Virus record (IMG/VR): IMGVR_UViG_3300045988_115369
Direction: 5' to 3' (one strand)
Source: a virus
DNA: 41,577 nucleotides
In this document: in pieces, positions 6,089 to 15,300 of the stretch
How the letters are laid out: each line of letters starts with the position of its first letter
How positions within the stretch are numbered: the stretch's first letter is position 1
The notes under the pieces: generated by a model
Told to the model about the DNA's origin: nothing
The model's database searches: none
Seen by the model: only the letters and a program-made list of their open reading frames with translations
Translations under genes and position numbers: made by a program

Positions 6089-6111
6089 TCCCTTTCTACG
6101 TGCCACAATTA
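6089..6111 (-). promoter_or_regulatory. Phage-RNAP promoter phi-2
   Basis: Minus strand TAATTGTGGCACGTAGA|AAGGGAGAC. Confidence 0.8.
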
Positions 6112-6115
6112 GAAC

Positions 6116-6138
6116 TTTGTATATATGTGCCACAATTA
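6116..6138 (-). promoter_or_regulatory. Phage-RNAP promoter phi-3 (tandem with phi-2)
   Basis: Minus strand TAATTGTGGCACATATA|TACAAAG, 27 nt upstream of phi-2. Confidence 0.75.
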
Positions 6139-6162
6139 GGCTTTCTTTAGGTCTTTCCTAAA

Positions 6163-7959
6163 CTAGAGTTGTCTTTTATATGAAACTTTCTCCGCTGTGT
6201 TTAGATCCTTTAACATTGCCAGTTTCACCTTGCTATAGTTCTCTCTGCCAACAGGTCTAGGGTTTGTCTGATTCAGTTCTGGAATATAGAAGATACCTCT
6301 GTCTGGGTCATCCCATTGTTCAAGTAATTCATCAAGCTGCTCATCCATCCCTGTTTGATAATCCCTATCCATAGAGTTAGCAAAGAACTCTACAGCCATA
6401 GTGACAGCATCCAGTCTATCATCATGAGCAAGTGCCCCTCTTTCATTGGTGAGACGTGTCATTTGATAGATTAAAGAATAGTTAGGACTAGATTCATACG
6501 TCTTATAGTCAGCAGTGATTACCCCTTTATTGACAATGAGCTTGTGTCTCATCATAACAGGTTCAAGGGTGTCTATAATACGCTGTTCCTTCTGTGCCTT
6601 ACTTCTGATTTCTTCCAAAGCACATGGATAGATTCTGGTAAAGATAGGAGCAAGAAGTTTGCCAAACATACCATCACCAAAGTTAGATTCATAGACAACT
6701 GTGTTGACCTTCCAGAACTTAGCTTTGTTAGCCAGTGTCTCCAATGTGTTATCGCTGTAACCAGAGGTATAACCACCACTTTCCATCAAGAACAAATAGC
6801 CATTAAGGTATTTGATGATTGCATATGCTGTTTCATCCTTACCACGTCCAGATGGGTCAATAGCCATAACTGTTCCAGTGTATTCAGCTGTTTCTGGGGA
6901 CTGCAAGAGAGGAGAATAGAAGTAGTCACCTTTAAGAGCAACAGACGCAATGTCTTTCCATCTCTTTGTAGGATCAGCAGTCCAAGACCATTTTAGACTA
7001 GCTTCATTCATGTCCAAATCCGCTACAATCAAGTCCTGGACTTTAAGTGGATACTTCTCTGCATCAGATAGATTCGTACTGAGCATGAACTGAAGAGCAA
7101 ACCCAGCCTTACCATAAGACAGTTTACGCTTCTCAATTTCCTCTAGATTGAATCTATCAGGGTCTGTAGGTATGCACTTATCAGCATAAAACTCTGGGTC
7201 TGTATCATAAGAATCTGCGATAAAGGGGGCTAAATCATCCCCATATGCCTCTCTTTCTTCTGTAGATGCTGGATATAAGACAGGCCAGATGCATCTGCTA
7301 TAACCACGTTTAGTTAATTCATTATAGAGACTCATTTCATTCTGAGGAGTTCCCAAATAAATGATTTTACCACCAGGTTTTAAGATTGCATCAAATTCCT
7401 TTACAGCCTCTCCTAGTTTATCCCTCTGTATCTGAGTGCCTGAATTTTTAGGTACTTCTACGTCATCAGCAATCAGAATGTCTGCACGAGAACCTGTAAT
7501 CTGCCCTGTGATCCCTACAGACTTTACAGAAGGAGAAATATCAGGAACAGCAGGGCCGACATCAAATAGATTCTGGGTATCTCGCTGTCCTCGCTGTGTC
7601 TGTAAATGCTGCAAGAAAGGTATCAAGTAAATAATACGTTTAATAAAAATAGCATTCGCATCTGCTCTATGTTTAGATGCAGATACAACTAATACCTTTA
7701 ATTGAGGGTCTTTCCAAAGCATCCAAACTGTGTAAGCACAAGTCAAAAAAGACTTTGCTACCCCACGGAAGCCCTCAACGATACTTCGGTCTGTAGGGGT
7801 GTTCATAAGGTACTTTGCAATATCATATTGGATAGGTGTAGGGTCTGGAAGACTAATAGATTTCCAGACAATGAACACAAAGATACGAAAGTCCTCATGC
7901 GCCCTTTTAATTTGATCTTCTGTCCAGCATGCTTCTGTAAAATCAGTTAAGTCGATCAA
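6163..7959 (-). CDS. terL: Terminase large subunit (T7 gp19-like)
   Basis: 598 aa. Walker A-like GFRGVAKS, the ADDVE segment, a C-terminal nuclease region, and the T7 gene position. Confidence 0.93.
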   Translation of the reverse strand: MIDLTDFTEACWTEDQIKRAHEDFRIFVFIVWKSISLPDPTPIQYDIAKYLMNTPTDRSIVEGFRGVAKSFLTCAYTVWMLWKDPQLKVLVVSASKHRADANAIFIKRIIYLIPFLQHLQTQRGQRDTQNLFDVGPAVPDISPSVKSVGITGQITGSRADILIADDVEVPKNSGTQIQRDKLGEAVKEFDAILKPGGKIIYLGTPQNEMSLYNELTKRGYSRCIWPVLYPASTEEREAYGDDLAPFIADSYDTDPEFYADKCIPTDPDRFNLEEIEKRKLSYGKAGFALQFMLSTNLSDAEKYPLKVQDLIVADLDMNEASLKWSWTADPTKRWKDIASVALKGDYFYSPLLQSPETAEYTGTVMAIDPSGRGKDETAYAIIKYLNGYLFLMESGGYTSGYSDNTLETLANKAKFWKVNTVVYESNFGDGMFGKLLAPIFTRIYPCALEEIRSKAQKEQRIIDTLEPVMMRHKLIVNKGVITADYKTYESSPNYSLIYQMTRLTNERGALAHDDRLDAVTMAVEFFANSMDRDYQTGMDEQLDELLEQWDDPDRGIFYIPELNQTNPRPVGRENYSKVKLAMLKDLNTAEKVSYKRQL

Positions 7960-8206
7960 TATCTACACCGTCTTTCACATCATCAAAAATGGGGATGCGC
8001 TGACGCTCAATCTGCTGCTGTATGTCTGCAACACCCTTAGTGCGAGGGGAGACAATCAAATCATTGTCTTTCAAGAATTTTCTTACACGGTCAAGGAAAC
8101 GTGGGTCTTTCCGCATTTCTGGGTCAGCAAGCCCTTCACGGATCGCTTGTACTTCACCCTGTGCAATTTCATCCAAAAGTGCAGGATCAATTTCAAACAT
8201 CTTCAT
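7943..8206 (-). CDS. terS: Terminase small subunit (T7 gp18-like), called by position and size
   Basis: Start moved to the ATG at 8206 (or 8200), giving about 87 aa. It lies immediately upstream of and overlaps terL. Confidence 0.55.
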   Translation of the reverse strand: MKMFEIDPALLDEIAQGEVQAIREGLADPEMRKDPRFLDRVRKFLKDNDLIVSPRTKGVADIQQQIERQRIPIFDDVKDGVDIDRLN

Positions 8207-8663
8207 CACCCCATCCATCATATCTATCAAGATCATTTGCTCTAATCGTAGACAGCACCTTGTCTGCATAGTCAGGGTCAGTGGCATAAATCGGTGCAAG
8301 AGTGCGTACAAAGTCTTCTACAGACCAAGTACTTTCCCATGCTTCTACAACTTCAGCATATTTGTAGTCTTCAGTAATAAGGATACACCAGTCTCTAATA
8401 GCTTCTTCCAGTGTTTCATAAGACTGGAATTTGTCATAGATGGTTACATAGTGCCCATTTTCATATTCAGTAGTCTGCTGTCGTACATAATTGCCCCAGC
8501 CATTCCATTTACGTCCAAAGTAGTTATACTGCCCAATGCAGTACCTACCCCAACCACTTTCAAGAATAGCCTGTGCAATGCATACAGACGCTGGAAGATT
8601 ATATTCTGCACAGACATCACCAGCAGTATTTCCAATCATTTCAATAAATTCATCTGGGGTCAT
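8193..8663 (-). CDS. Endolysin, GH73 glucosaminidase family
   Basis: Start at 8663, 8 nt after GGAAGGAG. The motif AQAILESGWGRY...YNYFGRKW is typical of mannosyl-glycoprotein endo-beta-N-acetylglucosaminidases. Confidence 0.85.
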   Translation of the reverse strand: MTPDEFIEMIGNTAGDVCAEYNLPASVCIAQAILESGWGRYCIGQYNYFGRKWNGWGNYVRQQTTEYENGHYVTIYDKFQSYETLEEAIRDWCILITEDYKYAEVVEAWESTWSVEDFVRTLAPIYATDPDYADKVLSTIRANDLDRYDGWGDEDV

Positions 8664-8973
8664 ATGGGAATCTCCTTCCATTTTCTTTCTTTACTTCATC
8701 AGGCACCCCATCTTTGTCTGCATCATAAAGCCACCTACTAAGCAAAGTTATAGTGGCTGTCATCCCAATCACGACAATAATGAACTGTCTAAATTCTGGG
8801 ATATTAGGGTGTCCTGTCATAATCCATTCATATGCTGTCATAGTCAAATAAATAAAAAGACAAAGAATTAAAAAATTGACATTGAACTTAATCAATGTCA
8901 TGGATTCTTTGTCTCGTCTCTTTGGTTTGAATGTAGACAACACTTTAATTAGTTTTGATTTAAGTTGTCCCAC
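8650..8973 (-). CDS. Holin-like protein with two TM helices
   Basis: GTG start after GGAGG. Two hydrophobic helices and a charged C-terminus, directly upstream of the endolysin. Confidence 0.55.
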   Translation of the reverse strand: MGQLKSKLIKVLSTFKPKRRDKESMTLIKFNVNFLILCLFIYLTMTAYEWIMTGHPNIPEFRQFIIVVIGMTATITLLSRWLYDADKDGVPDEVKKENGRRFPYDPR

Positions 8974-9215
8974 ATATCCTCCATACGTGCAATACGATCA
9001 TTGTTGATACGATGTGCCATTTCCATAGCTGTCATCCTAGCATCTAAGGCACGCCTGTCTGCTGCACTCATTTCTACTTCTCTTTTCAGTTCAGATAAAA
9101 CCTTAGTGTTCATGTCTATCGTCTTCTGAATAGGTCGGATTACAAGATAATTGAACCCACTACTCACCAGTGTCGCGATGGTCAGAACAGAAACGATACT
9201 GTCTAAGAAGTTCAT
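8949..9215 (-). CDS. N-terminal TM plus coiled-coil protein (i-spanin-like or holin-associated)
   Basis: Start at the ATG at 9215 (RBS GAGG). One TM helix followed by a charged helical region. Confidence 0.45.
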   Translation of the reverse strand: MNFLDSIVSVLTIATLVSSGFNYLVIRPIQKTIDMNTKVLSELKREVEMSAADRRALDARMTAMEMAHRINNDRIARMEDMWDNLNQN

Positions 9216-9230
9216 GCTTACCTCACACAC

Positions 9231-9260
9231 AAAAAAAAAACAGCACTTATCTAGTGCTGT
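9231..9260 (-). terminator. Intrinsic terminator inside the lysis region
   Basis: Minus strand ACAGCACU-AGAUA-AGUGCUGU followed by a run of about 10 U. Confidence 0.75.
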
Positions 9261-9266
9261 GCAAAA

Positions 9267-9431
9267 TCATAATAATTTGAGCAATACAAGAAGTATAACT
9301 CCTATAGGAGCAACAACGAAAGAGAGAAATACAAAAACAATCATACATGCTCCTGCATATGATGTTCCTTCTTTTTCTTCTACAATAGCAGCAGCAATTA
9401 AGAAAGCAATAACAGCTAATGTTGCAATCAT
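9267..9431 (-). CDS. Small hydrophobic membrane protein (holin/antiholin-like)
   Basis: ATG at 9431 after AGAAAGAAGGG. 54 aa with two TM helices. An alternative start at 9509 would add a third TM. The upstream part of the 127-aa ORF overlaps the 216-aa gene out of frame. Confidence 0.5.
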   Translation of the reverse strand: MIATLAVIAFLIAAAIVEEKEGTSYAGACMIVFVFLSFVVAPIGVILLVLLKLL

Positions 9432-9534
9432 ATTTATCCCTTCTTTCTGCCTATAGTATAACATGCTTAATATAAATATAATAGGGGTGCCAAAAGACAC
9501 CCCCACCATATTTAACTTACCGCCTAACTTATTA

Positions 9535-10185
9535 CTAAGTAGTAGGTGTAGTAGTACCTGTAGGTGCCAAAGGATTTGGAACAATGAAAGCAGGAACAGG
9601 AGCAGGGCGAAGTCTCTGAACAAGATCCGCAGTCTGTGCTGTCTGTCCATTAAGGATATTCGCTGCCATGAGCTGTCTATCCCTTTCTTCCAGTTTAGCC
9701 TTCAGTTCTTCCATCTGGTATGCAGAGAACATTGCTCTGGTCTTCTCTCCATCCTCTTTAATAGCTTCTACGATACTGCAAGTGTTCCTATACCCTTCTG
9801 TACGAACTGCATCAAGGTTTCTGTTTGTCTCACAGCAGCACATCTGAGATGCCTGCTGGTTCTGAGCAAGCTGCTGCATAAGACCAAAGTTGCCCTGCAT
9901 GACAGTCTTCTCCAGACCATTGATACCATTCGTGAGAGCATAGGTGCTATTAGACTGTCCATAGGTCAGCCCACGCATCTGAGACATTTCATTAGAGTAA
10001 TCAAACCCTCTCTGAATGTCTGCCTGCGTTGCAGTATTCCCTTTGTTACCAAAGAGATTACCACCACCACCGAGTAATACGAATAAAACGACTACCCACA
10101 ACCATTCACTACCACCGAAACCACCACCTGTCTTCTCATTCAGATTGAATACAGGCTGCACACCACTACTCATACCGTTCTCCAT
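9535..10185 (-). CDS. Glycine-rich TM protein with a Gln-rich/coiled-coil body and Pro/Thr tail, function unknown
   Basis: 216 aa. GGGFGGSEWLWVVVLFVLLGGGGNLFG is a glycine-zipper-like TM segment. A CCCE motif is present. The tail is PAPVPAFIVPNPLAPTGTTTPTT. Confidence 0.6.
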   Translation of the reverse strand: MENGMSSGVQPVFNLNEKTGGGFGGSEWLWVVVLFVLLGGGGNLFGNKGNTATQADIQRGFDYSNEMSQMRGLTYGQSNSTYALTNGINGLEKTVMQGNFGLMQQLAQNQQASQMCCCETNRNLDAVRTEGYRNTCSIVEAIKEDGEKTRAMFSAYQMEELKAKLEERDRQLMAANILNGQTAQTADLVQRLRPAPVPAFIVPNPLAPTGTTTPTT

Positions 10186-10247
10186 AGAATCACCATTCCT
10201 TTCGTAAAAATAATAAGAGAACTGTATATATCAACTCTGCCGTACGC

Positions 10248-10460
10248 TCAGAGCTGAATACCAAACATAGCAAATTTCTGCTTTATATCGGCAATAAGAG
10301 GAGCGAGCTGTGTCTGAGGAATACCCTGTGTAGAAATCATGTTCATAACAATCTGCTGTCTTTCCGCTGGGGTCTTTCCCTGCATCATAGCCATTGCCCT
10401 CTGGAAGCGTGGATCACTACCTATCAATGACATAAGAGCTGTTTCAATGTTAGTGTTCAT
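10248..10460 (-). CDS. Small protein, function unknown
   Basis: 70-aa ORF tightly packed between its neighbours. Confidence 0.5.
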   Translation of the reverse strand: MNTNIETALMSLIGSDPRFQRAMAMMQGKTPAERQQIVMNMISTQGIPQTQLAPLIADIKQKFAMFGIQL

Positions 10461-10462
10461 GA

Positions 10463-10744
10463 TTAGTCTCCTTTGCTTTTAGCAATCAATGTATCTACTT
10501 TTTCTTCAAGTGTCTTTAACCTTTCATTCAAACTCTCTTCCTGTCCTTTTGCTTTGTCATACACTTCAATGACTGGAAGACCACTAAGATCAATGTATTT
10601 CACATAGACCTTATTCTCTTTTTTAGAAACGAAGAAAGTGAGAGAGCCACAAGGATCTACTCTAGCTCTTCTCACTTCATCTACACTATTTACTTCACCA
10701 CCATAGCTGTTGATAGCTGGTGGTGCTGGTGGATAGTCAAACAT
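10463..10744 (-). CDS. Protein of unknown function downstream of the tail fiber
   Basis: Start at the ATG at 10744 after GAAAGGAAAGG. 93 aa. Confidence 0.5.
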   Translation of the reverse strand: MFDYPPAPPAINSYGGEVNSVDEVRRARVDPCGSLTFFVSKKENKVYVKYIDLSGLPVIEVYDKAKGQEESLNERLKTLEEKVDTLIAKSKGD

Positions 10745-10768
10745 GATAATCACCTTTCCTTTCACTGT

Positions 10769-12295
10769 TTATGCCGTCCTCACCCAAGCTCTTACCAAGT
10801 ATGAAGGAGGCTGAACGGTGTTAGATGAACCGTAAATGGAGTTAGATTCAGAAGCGTTAAAACTTAGTTGTGTATTTTGATTCCCCCCATCCCCAGAAAA
10901 GAATCCTCCTTTTCTTCCGGAATTAGTACTACTAAGTGCTCCTTCCGTAAAAATGATAGGCATAGATGTTGAGCTATTTGTATAACCAAATTCTGCATGA
11001 CCTGTAATATTTGGCAATCCTGCACTTCTCTGTGTCCCTGCTTCACTTGCATTGCCTGTCTGCAAGCAGAGGTTAGCAGGTACTTCTTTCCATGTTCCGT
11101 ACTGCATAAAAGGGAAATCCGCTTTTGTTTTACTCTTATCTGCGGAAACATATACAGTTCCGATGGGGTAGAATGTGTCTATTAAATTGATAAGAGTGCT
11201 ATCTCCCCCACCTTTAGTGACAGTTATCTTGCCGTTCGATTCTGTGACAGATTGGACGTACTGCGTAGGATCCCACGTCTTTGCATTTTCTTCACTTTGC
11301 TTCGCTGCCTTTGCACTGTTAGATGCATTTGTTTCACTAATTTTTGCCTTAGATGCACTGGTAGCTGAATCAGAAGCCGAAGAAGCAGATGCAGAAGCAC
11401 TATTAGCACTTGCACTCGCACTCTGTTTAGAAGCATTTGCACTGTTCGCTGAATTAGTGGCAGAGGATGCACTTGCATTCGCACTGGACGCAGAAGCGCT
11501 CGCCGAAGCAGCAGAGTTACCAGCAGATGTCTTTGCTTCTTCTGCCCAAATCTTTGCTGACTTATTGCCAGAGACACCATCTGGACTAGAAGAAGACATA
11601 GCCCACTTCTTAGAGAGTTCTGCACTATTACTAGCATCATCTGCTTTAGTAGCTGCAGTATCTTTCAGTGTTGTCATTGTACTCACATAAGCATTGCCAG
11701 TATCAGTAAGACGCTTATTCTGCGTGTCTCCTGTAGCATCCAAGCGTGCATTCTGTGAATCCCCAGTAGCTACAATAGAGCTATTCTGTGTTGCCCCTGT
11801 GTTTTTAAGTTGATTTAAGAGACTGTCCTGATTAGCTTTGATGTATCTAAGAGTTACAACATCTCCATCCTCAATAGGATCAAGAGCATTGATAATTCTT
11901 TTATACTGCCCATCCCAGCAATTAGGGTTATCATACGCAGTAGACATACCAGAATCAAAGACCTTATCCGCTGTTTCTTCAGCAAGATGCAAGAGTTGCA
12001 CTTCCTGTAAAGACAAGTCTGCACTTCTAAGTACAGAAGCATCCTGCCATTCTACCAGAGGAGCAGTAGTTGTCTCACGATAAATCTTAACAGAATGCCC
12101 AAGTGGAATCCCTTTTACAAGTCGTACCTGTTTGTCTTCTACCGTATAATCCACACCCATAGTAAGTTCTGTAATATTGGTATAAATATCTTCTACCTTT
12201 ACAAACTTCTTCCGTAAATAATCAAAAGGGAATGCATAGACAAGCTGACTAGCATTCCCTTCATAAATTACAGAAGCCTTTCTTTCTTTAGCCAA
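10769..12295 (-). CDS. Tail fiber (T7 gp17-like N-terminal adaptor domain)
   Basis: The N-terminus (YAFPFDYLRKKFVKV...VKIYRETTTAPLVEWQDASVLRSADLSLQEVQLLHLAEE) matches the T7 tail-fiber N-terminal domain pattern. It is followed by an Ala/Ser-rich shaft and a distinct C-terminal domain. Confidence 0.88.
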   Translation of the reverse strand: MAKERKASVIYEGNASQLVYAFPFDYLRKKFVKVEDIYTNITELTMGVDYTVEDKQVRLVKGIPLGHSVKIYRETTTAPLVEWQDASVLRSADLSLQEVQLLHLAEETADKVFDSGMSTAYDNPNCWDGQYKRIINALDPIEDGDVVTLRYIKANQDSLLNQLKNTGATQNSSIVATGDSQNARLDATGDTQNKRLTDTGNAYVSTMTTLKDTAATKADDASNSAELSKKWAMSSSSPDGVSGNKSAKIWAEEAKTSAGNSAASASASASSANASASSATNSANSANASKQSASASANSASASASSASDSATSASKAKISETNASNSAKAAKQSEENAKTWDPTQYVQSVTESNGKITVTKGGGDSTLINLIDTFYPIGTVYVSADKSKTKADFPFMQYGTWKEVPANLCLQTGNASEAGTQRSAGLPNITGHAEFGYTNSSTSMPIIFTEGALSSTNSGRKGGFFSGDGGNQNTQLSFNASESNSIYGSSNTVQPPSYLVRAWVRTA

Positions 12296-12310
12296 AGTTA
12301 AGCTCCTTTA

Positions 12311-15300
12311 CTATTTAACATTCATGATTGAAGAAATATCAGAATTTGCATTGCGATTGTTCCCAGAAGCAGCACCAATCTTATAGCGGTTCTTTCGTTC
12401 ACGTTGCTTCTTCTCCTTATTCATCTCTTTCCGTTTCTTTACACCGCTTGCATCTCTAATTTCAGATGCAAGGAGTGTCATGCCCCAGAATCCATTGAAT
12501 GGGATAGTCTTCATAATATTTGCCATATCTTCCTGTGATATGCCATCCCCCACTGTAGAGTTATAGACACTTTCTCCAACCCCTAAAATCGGATTGATAG
12601 TAGAAGAGACAGCTGGCATCTGATCTACTGCACGCCCTGCAATAGAACCTGCTTTCATATCTTTCCCTGTCCCTGAGGTCTTAGAAGAGTTATCTACTGT
12701 AGTACGCATCATAGGCGTACCAGTCAGAATCTCATAGATGTCTGAACCAAAGGAAGGGATAGAGCCAGTGATAGCCCCACGCGAGAAAGCAGCCCATGCA
12801 AGTCTACCTGGTGTCAACTGTTTAGCAATGTACTCTTTTCTTCCTTCTGGATCATTAGGGTATTTCACCGCCGCTCTAAGATACACCAAGCCCATATAAG
12901 ACATGCAGTTCGTTCCCATTGAAGCTAGTGCAGCCAGTGCATCATCCATCTGACGAGAAGACAAAGCTCTGAGTGTCTGGTCATTCACTGCACGAAGAGA
13001 ATAATCTTTGAACTGAAACAACAGCTTAGTAAACCAGTTCTTTTCCTTCAAAAGAGGGGTGTTCCCGATAGACATCTGCTGAATACCACGTCTGCTGTAG
13101 TTTTCAAGCAGATTTCTAAATTCAAAGAAAGTCTGATGGTCTTCTTTTCTCCATTTGTCAAATACATCTGGGTCAACTTTGCCACTATCAAGATATTTTT
13201 TGATGTGTGCTTTCAGTTTGTCTACATCCTGTACATGTGCTGCATCCAATAAATATTTGCTGAATGGATCACGAGTACTGGAAATCTTTTCTCCTCTAGC
13301 CCATTTGATAGCATCAATGAAGCCACTTTCCCTAGTCTGTCTAATCATCCAGTCGGTAAGTTTAGGAAGCTGATTTAGAGTAGATGTAACATTGGAGAAT
13401 ATCTTCATTGTCTCCTGTGCCTTATCAAGTCTCTTTCCCCAGACACTAGAATAACCAAGGGCGTCTCTAAAAGACCGTGCTTCATAATCAGAGTTCCTAT
13501 CCCAGAATCTAGTATTCAGTTCTCTTCCATACAATCTTACCTGTGCTTCTTTTGCAAAATCTTCCAGTTCTTTTTCAGATGCAGAGAGCATAGCACGTCT
13601 CATCTGTCTAAGGATTGGAATGGACTTATACAAAACACGAGTTCCTGCGTATGCCATTGCAGAACCAAATTCACCAAGCTGTGCCATGAACATCTGTCCA
13701 CCAACGTCTGCATAGGATTTAGTTCTGAACAATTCAGAGAAAGCATCCCAGAGAGTTTTAGGCTTTGTGTCTACATGTGTAGAGAGCAAGCGAGACATCC
13801 CTTCTGTCAAGGCATCTTTCTGTTCCTTTGCTGCTGACTTAGTAATCTTACCTGCTTTAATGCCTAATTCAAGCTGTTTTGCCACATCATCAAGCACACC
13901 AGTTTGTCTCCAATTTCCGATGGAATCAAAGACAGCCACTTCACCACAGACACGATCAATGTAGGAATTGATGATTCTGTCTGTATTCACATCGCGAAGA
14001 TGAGAATCAAATGAGAAATCAAGTGTTGTCCCTGCTTTGTTTGCGATAGGCATGCGTACTGTAGTATCCATAGGAAGGCGAGATTTCAAAAACTGGGGAA
14101 TACTTACACCATATTTACCACCAGAGAAGCATGTCTCACTGGCGTTCTGGTCAATAACACCTCTAGCCCAAGCCTTACACCTCTTATCAATCTCTTCCTC
14201 AACCATAGCCTTCGTAACCTTTTCAAGCTGAGGTTCTTCTGGAATAGTAGAAGTGTCTAGTTCCAGTTGCTTTCCTACTGTCTTTTGATAGCCAGCGTCT
14301 TTAAGAGCTTTCCCCTGTTTAGACCGTTTATTTGTCTCATTAAATTCTGGTTTAGGTACACGCCCACTAAACATGCGTTCTTCCCATTCTTTATGAGCTT
14401 TGAGGTAGCGTCTCTTTGCATCTGCTTCCATCTGCTTTCTGACAACATCCCTCTTACATGCCATCTGAGCATATTCATACATCTTTTTCATGCATGTCTC
14501 AGTGTCACCATCCATAAAGTCCACAAGGCGTGTCAGCATCTCATTGTCTACTTTACGAGTAAATTCAAGATCAAGCGGTTTCCAGTCTTTATCAATATAA
14601 CTACCGTAACCCCCACCCCCATGAAACTGGGAATCTTCCTGCATCATTTCCAGACACCCTTCTCTGATCTTTTTAAGAGTATCTGCTGCTTTGATGACCT
14701 CTGGCTCCCAAATCATTTCATTCGGAGACAACCCAGCTTTGTTTCCTGCATACTGTGCATTGAAACACTGCTGTACCTGTCTATCAAATTCCAGTCTATA
14801 CTGCCCCTGAAATTTATAGAATTTATTTTTCTGCAACCAAGCATTTCTAGCATCATAATAATCATTGAGCATTGGTTTTACCCGTTGCTGTAAATATTGT
14901 TTGATACGTTCACCGACAACAGGATTAGCTCGTGCTGCAATTCTTCCTCGTGTCGGTTCAAAGAGAAAGTCGTTCAAGCTACGAACTGCAAGAAGTCTTG
15001 AATGACCAAGTACGCCATAGATTGTCTTAAACAGCCCATCTGCTTCCAGACGTTTCCCAAGACGTGTAGGGAACCAGTGAGGCAAGGAACGCTGCATCCA
15101 GTCATCCACTTCTTTCTGTTCAGCATCCCATACCATTTCAGCATGGAAGTTGACAGGGCTATCCTTATCAAAAGCAGTGTCGTAAATGTACGCTGTACCA
15201 TCTGGGGATACCTTGATAGGGGTGTCTCTATACTTCTGTTCATACGCAGAAGCCTTTACCCACTTCAAGAGTGTCGAATCTTTGGGCTTTTTCGTCTTAA

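Noticed and set aside
9432-9650. N-terminal part of the 127-aa ORF at 9267..9650.
   Set aside because: It overlaps the 3' end of the 216-aa gene out of frame and has no RBS. An internal ATG at 9431 with a good RBS yields a plausible small membrane protein.
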